A program made the translations under genes and the position numbers. Shown one piece after another: positions 52,837-64,000 of a DNA stretch of 64,000 bases. This DNA comes from Octopus vulgaris. Lineage: Eukaryota. Positions within the stretch are counted from its first letter, which is position 1, and the number at the start of each line of letters is the position of its first letter. Location of the stretch: assembly GCA_951406725.2 (NCBI GenBank), contig OX597826.1:59830001-59894000 (forward strand). The letters run 5' to 3'. Below the pieces are notes generated by a model. It made no database searches and was not told the origin of the DNA. It saw only the letters and a program-made list of their open reading frames with translations.

Positions 52837-53738
52837 TTAGATAGATAGAGACACAGATATAAGTATGTACGTATGTATAAGTACGAATGTATGTATATAA
52901 AATGGTATGTTTGTGTATTTGAAACGTTCCATTATAAGACAGACTTGATGAGTATGTACGTATTTATGTGTATGCATACTACTCTTATAGCTTTTACGAT
53001 AGACTTTAGTAAGACGATGCTCAGGCGAACAATCTTCCCAACATCATTTTGCAAATCAGCACTAACTCAATGGGCTATTTTGTTGTTTATTATTTGTCTT
53101 CTCTTTGTTCCTCCATTAATTCCTAAGCGTCCGTCAATTTCACAAGATTCACCGTATTTCTTCCCCGTGACCTCATCTCTTCCATCCAACTTAATTCCTA
53201 GTTCTTATCTAAACTATGGACATTACTCTCGCTTCCCGAAGCGACAAATGAAAAGGAAAAATTCCAATTTCGTTTAAAACTAAATTACTGCTCATTTCTT
53301 CCAGCTAAAATTGCTAAAGGTGTGATAAAGTTTTCATCACTTCCGCAGACAGTAATGTAAATTTAAACTAAATTGTTGCGAAATGTTTGTTCGTATACAA
53401 ACTTACTTTCATACATCCATACACATATGCAAGCAAGTATGTATGTGTATATATATATATATATATACAAACAAATATACATACATACGTATGTATGTAT
53501 GCATCTAAGAAGGCTATCTCTGGAATCGTAGGTCGATGACACGACAAAGTGAACACACATGACTTAAAACCTTGCATTGTAAACTAATTGTACGTAGGAA
53601 GAGTATCTGTGATTCACTTCACACACACGCACACACTCAAACACAAAGATGCATATGCTTACTCAAACACATATATGCATACGTATATCTATCTATCTTT
53701 GTATTTTGTCCCTTCTTTTTTCAGCCCTGCGTGACCAG

Positions 53739-53821
<83 letters not shown>

Positions 53822-55467
53822 ATGTCACTCCCCTTATTCATTTATATATATATATATATGTGTGTGTGTGTATGTGTGTTTATATATGCATTTCGCTTAA
53901 TGCATACACCACGCATATCACTGCTTGGCCGTAAAAGAGAGTATGTCGTTCCGTCCGTCAGAAGATAGGCCAATTGCAAGCTTACCGTACCACCAATGAT
54001 AGGGTGATGACGTTATCTGCTGGATGTTGGATTACCATCACGGTGGAAAAGTTTAGGTCAACTTGTGGTTAAGTGGTAGATCAGTACCGTCAGGCAATGG
54101 TAGGGGTCAACTAGCAAGTGATCAGCTAGTGCGGGGCATTCTCGTCGTCGGCCATGCTCGTTGCACTTTTGTACCCCCTCTTGATACCTGGCATGGTAGC
54201 ACAGAGAAGCAGTCGATGTGGAGACGACGCCAGCTGCCTCACACATTGTCCAAAGCGTTTGTTCTGAACAGAACAGTTAAAATCGACCTACAATCGACAG
54301 ACAGCCGACATTAAGGTCACTACCTATTTTTAAAATAAGCGTTCAATTTTACGACTGTGCAAATGGCTTAGTATTCTACACACATACTTCTAATGTCCGT
54401 GTATTCCGTTGGCGGACTCAGCAAAGTATTTTAGCTGACTTGTCAGGCGTTTGTTTTGTTAAATGATACGTCCAATATACATAACGTGTTTCCACACTGC
54501 TTCTCTGTACAAGTGAGTTATTAAGAGGGTACTCTGTTATGACTTCAAGCAGCTCTTCCGTGCAATGCATCCTTCCAGTAACAGCGTTGATAATACAGGT
54601 AATAAGACGAATCTATGTCAAACTACATATGAAAGAGAATATGTAGCGCGGAGACACATGACTTACGTGGCGGGCCAACTGATATTCCGACACAGATATC
54701 TCCTCCTGAGTGCATCTCTGTAACAACAGAAGACACGAGACCATCAAATATTCGTGTTTATACATATGTATATATGTATAAATTTTGAGGGTATATTGTA
54801 TAATTTTATAAGTTCTAATTTAAGGCAATTATTTTAAAGATAGTATTTGTACAAGAACTAAGCATGAACAGATGTGGTGGGTAAATTATGAGAAGGGTGT
54901 CATTTCATTTTGAAGTTATTAAAGGCGCTGGCTTGAACGTCTCGTTCAACCATTCGAATTCTTTGTAAGAGGAAACATGAATACACAGTTGACCCCAATT
55001 TTAAAATGTTTACAGGCTTTCAGGTTAATTTAGATGGGTTTTTTATGTCCCTTGTATTTTTCAGGAACAGTCTCCTGTAATGGTGAATAGTCAACAGCAT
55101 TGGAGAGGATAAATATTAAAGTTATAGTTGAGAGAAAGCTGGCTAACACGAATAACTTGAAGCCATTTGTATATTAGAAAAGAGTTACCTATATCTTGAT
55201 GACGCGTAATGGATCTAAAATACCGACAAAGCGAATGAAAACTTTTTCATTCTCATCGAATACGCGGCTCTACTAAAGCTTGTTTATTGTATCCTTGTGA
55301 TTATCTTCTTCCTATATCTAACAACATATGTAGCTATTGTACAATATGTCTCTCCATATTTAATCCATTTGTTGCCATAAATGAAATACAACTTCTTCCT
55401 TTCCGTTTACCTTTGAAAAGTTATGTAGAACGCAATAAAATTACTTTGTCCTTGTTAGGCAGGTAGA

Positions 55468-55660
55468 AGGTAAGGAGTTGGCAGAACCATCACAGCATGG
55501 CAATAATACCTTGCGGCTTCAAATCCCGCCAGTGTGAAGATTGCATTTTGTCCTTAGGGAGTCGATAAAATAAGTACTATTGAAGCAATTGAGTCGAATT
55601 TATAGGCTTCGTCACTTCCCCAAAATGACTGTTGTTTTGCCAAAATTTCAAGCCGTTTGA
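55468..55660 (+). mobile_element. SINE family A, degenerate
   Basis: aaggtaaggagttggcagaacc..ttcaaatcccgcc..gtcgataaaataagtac. Confidence 0.6.
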
Positions 55661-56325
55661 AACAACTAGTAAGCAGGTGATTGGAACGTGGGTTAACATG
55701 AAATTTGAATGTACGGTTTGAATTAGAACATTTCAAGATATGAATTATGGATTATTGAATGAGGGCGCTCTCAGGCAGTCTGGTAGCCAAAGCAACAAAG
55801 TGTCTCTTAAGGCAGCTGGATCTTAAACTATGTGTATTTGGGTACATTTCTTGTAGGATGCTTGTATACTTAGATCACACTGCGCTGGTTCATTAATACT
55901 GTTACGATCAATTTTCAACAACGACTGCTTTTCATGAAAAATAAATGGTTGTCAAATTTAAAAAAAAAAACGTTGTACGTTCAAAATGCAAGGGGTTGCA
56001 AGATTGTGTATATACAAAACGCAGAAAGAAAAACGTGTTGTGATTTCCAAGATGAGCTAAGTCTGTTGAGATGCATTTCATCGCTCTTTCTGCCACGAAA
56101 ACCTGATTACTTGCATACAATAGAAGCACATTTATTCTGCTCATCGGCAGCAGTGATTTTTCACATCATGCATTGAAATTCTGTACAAGTCAGAAAGTAA
56201 TATATTTACGTATCATTAAATTTCTCTATATACGTATAATTGTTTCTCTCCCGCTCTCTCCCCATGCTTACATGCATACATGCATAAATACATACATAAA
56301 CACTCATACATTCCTACATAGATAA

Positions 56326-56356
<31 letters not shown>

Positions 56357-57235
56357 CATACGTACACACACATACACACACAGTATATAAACATCTGTTG
56401 ACGTCAAAAGAATTATATATTGTATATTTATACATGTATATATACATATTTGCATATAATATGCATGTATATATATATGTGTGTGTATGTGCGTGTGTAT
56501 GTGTGCGCGAGTGCGTATACTCGTGTACAGTTACGAATGCAAGCACACTTAGACAGCCACACACACACACGCACAGTGTTTTATAGATAGAAACACAGTA
56601 CGCATACCTAAATATATATATATATGTAGGGAAAATATATATATATATATATATATATAACTGTGTTTGTGTATGTGTATCTATTTCTATACACCAGGTA
56701 TGCTCCATGCTTGTGTCGAAATGTGTGCTTGTACAGATGTGATCTAATATTTGTTTTATTCTTGTTTAAGAATCTTTTGGCGAACATTCTGCAGGTTTCT
56801 TTGAAATATGTTCTCAGATAATTGGTACTCTTAGAATATTATAATACCTTGTTGTTGTTGCTGTTACTGTCACCGTTTCTTCTTCTTAGTGGCAGATTTC
56901 TTTCATGTTAATGTTGATGTTGTTGTTTTTGTTTTTGTTTTTGTTCTAATTATTGTTCAAGATTATTGGCAAGTCAATGTTGTTGATAATTACGACGCTT
57001 GATTGAGGTGGTTTTTTCGTACTGTGTTGCTATCATCGTTGATGGTGTTTTTTTGTTGTTGTTATTACTGTTGCCGTTGTTCTTGACGAAGATGAGAATT
57101 GTTATTATCGTCCTTCTTGTTCAAGGGGCAATCGTTCTCTTTTGACCCTGGTGATAGTCGCCACTCAGTCCATCGCATTTTTATTGTTGATATTTTTTTT
57201 CTTGAGCTTATTCTTGTTATTGTCGCCATTCTTTT

Positions 57236-57296
57236 TCTTCTTCTTCTTCTTCTTCTTCTTCTTCTTCTTCTTCTTCTTCTTCTTCTTCTTCTTCTT

Positions 57297-57326
<30 letters not shown>
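57236..57326. repeat. (CTT)n microsatellite
   Basis: Read directly from the sequence. Confidence 0.95.
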
Positions 57327-57327
<1 letters not shown>

Positions 57328-57660
57328 GTACTTATTCTATCGCTCTCTTTTGCCGAACCGCTAAGTTACGGGGACGTTAACACACCGGCATCGGTTGTCA
57401 AGCGATGTTGGGGGAACAAACGCAGACTCACAAACACACACACACACACACACACGCACACACACACACACATATATATATATGTACATATATACGACAT
57501 GCTTTCTTTCAGTTTCTGTCTATCAAATCCACTCACACGGCTTTAGTTGGCCCGAGGCTATAGTAGAAGACACTTGCTCAAGTTACCACGCAATGGGACT
57601 GAACCCGGAACCATGTGGTTGGTAAGCAAGCTACTTACCACGCAGTCACTCCCGCGCCTA
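57327..57660 (-). mobile_element. SINE family B, 3'-truncated
   Basis: Matches 41209-41559. Confidence 0.85.
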
Positions 57661-58641
57661 TATCTACATCTACAATGCGTAAATACACTAAATAGTGTGT
57701 TAATTGACTAGTAATTCCAATTCTTCTTCTTTAGGCTTGTTGTTATGCTTTTGTTATACTCTGTACTTATATATTTGTTGTTGGATTCTCAATGTACATT
57801 TGTGTTGCAGATGTTATATGATTGTCGTTAACTTTTGCATCTGTAGACGCTGCATATGTTAGTTTTTTTTTTATCTGCCAATTCAGACACACACATGCAC
57901 ACTCAGAAACACACACACACACATAGCTTTCTAACATGATTGTTGTTGTTGTTGCTGATTTTGTGACTGTTGTCATTGCTTGTGGATGCTATCACTCCTG
58001 TTGTTTTATTTTTATGCGTTTGACTTCGAGAACAACTACGTGCATTATGTCTCTCTATTAACATTACTTGGAGATACCAAGAAAATGATATGACAGGTTG
58101 CTTTGCAAAACTAAAGCAGGAGTAATAACGGACACTCACACATTAACTACCATTCTCCATCAGGACCAACACCAACACCAACACCAACAACAGCATCACC
58201 ACAATATATATATATATACCACCACCTCCACTGCATTCCACTACAACCACCCTCTTCAACAGAATTACCACCATTACCACCTCAAAGATGTCAGCGATGT
58301 ACAATTATGAAAAGAAAATGGATTGAAGCCAGCCAAGTGTGCCATTTCCTGATTGAATGCACTTATGATCTGGACTTTTTACCTCACTCACTTTCACCGA
58401 CGTATTCTGCAGTAAATAGTCGTTCAGCTTTTGTTTTCTTCTAATATGAGATAGCCAACAATTTTCTACAGTACACGCTAGCAGAGAAACTATCATTTGC
58501 TTCTCGTTTCACTATTCACTTCGAATGAGCTATTGCTAAAATGAAATATATTACATATAGATCATATTTCTATCCGTTTCACATGCCTTCGCTCCTTCCC
58601 TCAAAACCGACTATCGATTTATCTGTCTATCTGTCTGTCTG

Positions 58642-58728
<87 letters not shown>

Positions 58729-58736
58729 CTCCCTCC

Positions 58737-58767
<31 letters not shown>

Positions 58768-58945
58768 CAAATGTATAGATGCATGTATGTATATATATAT
58801 ATCTGTCTGTCTGTACATATGTATGTATGTATGTCTATTTGTCTGTCGCTCTATCTATCTACCTATCTATCTATCTATCTATCTATCTACCTATCTATCT
58901 ATCTATCTATCTATCTATCGACCTAGCCATCTATCTAGTCATTCA

Positions 58946-59005
<60 letters not shown>

Positions 59006-59061
59006 TCTATATACTTGTCTATCTATTTATCGATCTCTCTCCTCCCTCTTTCTTTCTCTCT

Positions 59062-59101
<40 letters not shown>

Positions 59102-59662
59102 TCGTCTGCCTGTCTGCCTTTCTGTCTATCTCACCATTTATACATCAATACATTTGCATATACAAAAAGGAGAAAAATATAAATCCTTCACTACTAAAAA
59201 GATTGTATTTCCACGTTAGAAATTAAGCAATTATTCCATCGATACTCCGAGTGAGTTGTTTGGCAGCATTAAGATGAACGTGGAAAAGCTACGTATGTAT
59301 ATACGTATGTATATATGTATGCTTGTATGTATGCATGTATTTATTCATGCATGTATGTATGCATGTATGTATGTATTTATGTATGTAACTATAAATGTAT
59401 GTAGGTATGTGTGTGTGTATGCCTGAAAAGGCTTCAGACAAAGCATTGCTTGAATGTTAACATTTCTGTTATATGTTGCATAGTATGACTGACCGTTGCC
59501 TAGAAAGGCAATATAACCAATATATGTTCCATGAGTGAACGAAGGCATAGGTGGTAAGCTTTCTCAACAGCTGCTACCAGAGTTACCTATCGACACTGCG
59601 TCTGTATATAAGATCGTCAGCTCCTAACAAACTGTAAATAACATCGTACTACACATGTTCAT

Positions 59663-59917
59663 GTGGAGGCTCGTGATTTAGTGGTTAGGGTGTCAGCATA
59701 ATGATCGTAAAATTGTGGTTTCGATTCCTGGACCGGGCGATACGTTGTGTTCTTGAGCAAAACACTTCGTTTCACGTCGCTCCAGTCCACTCAGCTGGCA
59801 AAAATGAGTAACGGTGATTTAGACAGGCGTCCCGTCGAGCTGGGGAACACATACGCCAATGAAACCGGGAAACCGGGCCCATGAGCCAGGCAAGACTTGA
59901 AAAGGGCGCATTTTTTT
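59663..59917 (+). mobile_element. SINE head D with alternative tail, 13-bp TSD
   Basis: gtggaggctcgtgatttagtggttaggg..ggtttcgattcc..ttgtgttcttgagcaaaacac; TSD tacacatgttcat at 59650-59662 and 59918-59930. Confidence 0.88.
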
Positions 59918-61091
59918 TACACATGTTCATAGGTAGAATCAATCGATAACTCTGTGCAAAGGAGTTGTAACCGTGAGATAAGCATGCTTATTGAAGTCTG
60001 CGTGGGGACAGTCCACAAAACGTTGATACAGTGTTTCTCCAGCAACTTTCCACTTAAATATCTGGTGGTGTAATGGAAATTTTGATAACACTTGCTACTC
60101 TAAAAAGTCACCAACACGTAGCGTTAATACGGCAAGAAACGCAATCAAGCTTCATTCGATTTATTTTCCACGCGGAACACAAAGAGTCATTATACAGCAG
60201 CATGAGGAATAGAAAGTAGCGTCGAAATGCCTAATAGGGGAGTAGTATAAGTAAACATAATAATCACAAATATATTGAGCGATATCAAAATCAATGCCTT
60301 ATTTGTTCCGGAAACACAGGCATGTTTCTGATAGCTGCATGGTTATTTAAAACAGAATACGAATCTAAATTGGCCACAGGCTACATACAAGCTATTTGAT
60401 TTATATTTCAATCTATATTATTTTAATTTACTTGTCTATCAAGCCCTTTGGTAGATTTGATTAAAATTATACGCATTTTGTATTTGTGAAATATATACAA
60501 TTTATTGATAAAGGCATAGATGAAACCAAAATATGCTGAAGCACATTGCTACAAATTGTGTATGCATATAAAGGGAAGAATAAATTTCATTGGATATTTT
60601 GTTCAATATTTCCACTATGAATCACAGATATCTCAACCCGTGGGTTATGTGTTTGCTTAGTACAATTGAAGTTACTTTTATTCGAAATAACAATGAAGAG
60701 GATTTTGCTTGAGTTTTAATTCTACTTCCAGCTTACAAGAAACACGTACACACATACTTTGCTATAAGTACACACAAAAACACAAACACACAAAACCACC
60801 ACCACCACCACAACAACAACATCAACAATAAGAACACTATGCATTTTTTTCTATGTGTATCTACGTTTCATTAAATATATGCTCATATATTTTCAATGGC
60901 GTTAATCTATTTTATGTTACGTATAATTGTAAATTTGTAAGTCGTACATATATTGCGCTTCTTGGTTGAAACCCGCCAAAGGACACATCATTTTCGATTT
61001 CCGTGTTATGAGAAATACACACAAATATTCATAAAAACATACTTACAAAAATATGGATTGTATGCATGTATACGTGTATGTGTGTGCGTGC

Positions 61092-61133
<42 letters not shown>

Positions 61134-61553
61134 AAAAGTCAATATCAGCGTCATACAACTGATGACATTTCTCAAGTGACCTTCTTCAAAGACACTCACA
61201 GGCACACACACACATACACACACTTAGTTGCCTTTCAAGAAAGAAAAAGAATGAGTGAAAAAGAGTTAAGATGATAAATATTATAGGATATGTGGAAGCT
61301 AGTCATTTGATGTTTAAATTTTCCAGTGGGCTACAATATATATCTTTGAGTGTATGTAATTTTATACAAAGAAATTTGTTATTGTTTTATCTTACGGCAG
61401 ATTTCGTTTTTGAGAATATTATGCGCCCCCGTCCAGATGAGCATTTTTTCATTTTCATGAATCGTTCACGTGTAATTTCAATACTAAGAGAACTTTCCAT
61501 TTGATATTGTATTGAACGACTCCTTACCTGAGTTCTAGACATGTTTGACGATG

Positions 61554-61620
61554 GAATACGGTATGCTCATAGAATACAGTATGCTTATAGAATACAGTAT
61601 GCTCATAGAATACAGTATGC
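61554..61620. repeat. 18-bp minisatellite, about 3.7 copies
   Basis: Unit gaatacagtatgctcata. Confidence 0.9.
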
Positions 61621-61725
61621 AATATCGGTGATTCACAATCAAAGAGTACCAGGTAACTTACTTTTAGTTTACGTTACCTCATCTTAAAATCTATTTGCGT
61701 TGTTTGGCCATTTATATCTTACAAC

Positions 61726-61759
<34 letters not shown>

Positions 61760-62599
61760 AACATAATCCAACACACAGTCTCAAACATACACTTATAGCA
61801 AATCGCTAATATTTCATATAGCTGGTCATTTTTCTTTCTTTCGGATGACTTGTTATCATAAAACATATATGGCACGTCTGTGTCTTCAACGAAAATTGAA
61901 GGACGTAGGTCCTGAAAAAATTTGAAAAAGACTTGTATCTCTTTACAAGAATACATTACAGCAGTCGGGAGCATTAAGTCGTTGCGTTTTACAATTAGTT
62001 CCAGCTACACCTTAACTGAAAACACACAAGGCGCTCAAAACATTGAAGGGATCATGCGTTGCTGTGATGTATTAATTAACCATTTAATGCTAATTAAGTA
62101 AGCTAATTAAGTAGTGCTGTACTGTCTGTGAATTAGCGGTGAGCCACAAAATCTCTCTTCGAATTGGAAACTGAAAATCGTGTCTCTGTAGAGAATTCAA
62201 CAAATACGGAAACAAGTGGAATTGAAACACCTAGCTGACCTCAGTGAGATAAAGCTGTAAAAGAAATCCATTTTAACATGTATTATTTACAAGTGAGATA
62301 AATTTACTTATGTCTCTATAAATACACGTATGCAGATATATATGCGTAAATATGTCTTATGAATAGATTGACATACACATATACGTTGCTGAGTGTTCTA
62401 TCACTGGCCAGATGCTAGCCAGATACATTAGCTGACATACGCAAACATACACATATATACAGTCGTTAGACAGACGATGATAAGTTGATAGACACATAAC
62501 CATTGCGATATACATAGATACGTACAAACACACATGCAGACGCTAGCGCGCACACACACACTTACTCATATATTCTTTATTCTTTTACTGTTTTATTCT

Positions 62600-62776
62600 T
62601 TTATTTGTTTCAGTCATTTGACTACGGTCATGCTGCAGCACCACTTTTAGTCGAACAAGTCAACCCCAGGAGCTATTTTTTGTAAACACAGTAGTTACTC
62701 TATCGTTCACTTTCCTGAACCACAAAGTTTCGGAGTTGAAAACGCACAAACATCAGTTGTCATGCGATGACGGGGG

Positions 62777-62827
<51 letters not shown>

Positions 62828-63078
62828 ACACACATACATACACACACACACACACATACACACACATACGCATACACAAACACATATATATATATACATA
62901 TACATATGCATATATATACGACAGGCTTCTTTCAGTTTCCCGTCTACCAAATCCACTCACAAGGCTTTGGTCGACCGAGGCTATAGTAGAAGACACTTGC
63001 CCAAGGTGCCACGCAGTGGGACTGAACCCGGAACCATGTGACTGGGAAGCAAGCTCTTTACCACACATGCTCCTTCCT
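62600..63078 (-). mobile_element. SINE family B with internal (CA)n/(TA)n
   Basis: Matches 41110-41559. Confidence 0.85.
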
Positions 63079-63410
63079 AATACACATCGTAGTTGATAAC
63101 AAAACCGATTTGAATGATGGAGCGTCATCAGAGTGAAAAATAAGTAAATAAATAAAAAGAAGAGACAAGAAAAGCAGAAGGAACGGTTGAATATGGTGAG
63201 AATGAATTCACATTGCATGTGTATCTTCCTTGGACGCTCAGTAAATGGATATACGTATAAAGCGGTATACTCCTATATAGGGGCAACACGTTGAATACTT
63301 TTATCCCTTAGACGGTTATTTTAACCTGTAACTCAGCTACCCTATACATACACACATATATACATACATATGTATATGTATATGTATACATATACATATA
63401 TATATATGTA

Positions 63411-63460
<50 letters not shown>

Positions 63461-64000
63461 TACATATGTGGAAACTTCTGCCTGTGGGTGCGTTTGTGGA
63501 GTTGTTAACTAAGTCCTCCTACATCGTTTTATCAATTTTCCTAAAACCTGACACGTGAGTAGGACTCATGTCTGGAAACCTCTTGGCATACTCAGATTGC
63601 TGAAAGAAATCGATAATAGAGCCCTTGGAGGGGATCCTTATATATATCCAAAGGAGATAGCTCATTAATTTTCATAAATTATTTTGTAAATATGAAATTG
63701 AGTATACTTGCTTCTGTTAGAAACATTTTCGCAATTTATCCAGTACAACCCTTAAGCAAGTAAATAGTATTTCCCTAAACTATAGATCCACTTATTTCGG
63801 TCAGTGACTTACTCGCGAATATACCAACGCTAGCGCCACTTATTTACTTGGAATTGCTAGTATCTCATATCTGATTAACTTGTTACTATGTAACATCCTT
63901 CATGATTTTAGTATACATACCTTATTAGTATTTCCTCCTATGTTCTATATACTCTTGGAACGCATTAATGCCTTTTTCGGTGCTACATAATTTGAATTCT

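Noticed and set aside
61554-61620. Short direct repeats as a CRISPR-like array
   Set aside because: Head-to-tail 18-mers with no spacers in eukaryotic DNA; an ordinary minisatellite.

Overview
AT-rich, microsatellite-dense eukaryotic non-coding DNA, most likely from an octopus or other coleoid cephalopod (inferred from the SINE families, the Dong/R4, Tx1-like and Penelope fragments, and the (TA)n/(TACA)n/(AAT)n density). I found no intact protein-coding gene, and almost all ORFs in the track are microsatellite read-throughs. The window is a graveyard of mobile elements: a full-length Hsmar1-like mariner with 26-bp TIRs and TA TSDs, several other mariner remnants and MITEs, a Chapaev3-like and a MULE-like fragment, LINE fragments, many tRNA-derived SINEs (several with clear TSDs and swapped head/tail modules), and Penelope-like element (PLE) fragments. 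The most notable hidden signal is a set of about ten type-I minimal hammerhead ribozyme (HHR) motifs from different sequence families, carried by PLE pseudo-LTRs or small fold-back elements sitting in (TA)n tracts. They include two copies with a G3:C8 swap of the catalytic core, a 488-bp HHR-containing tandem unit (retrozyme-like), and an inverted repeat whose end coincides exactly with the predicted ribozyme cleavage site. All folds were made by eye, and no activity is demonstrated.
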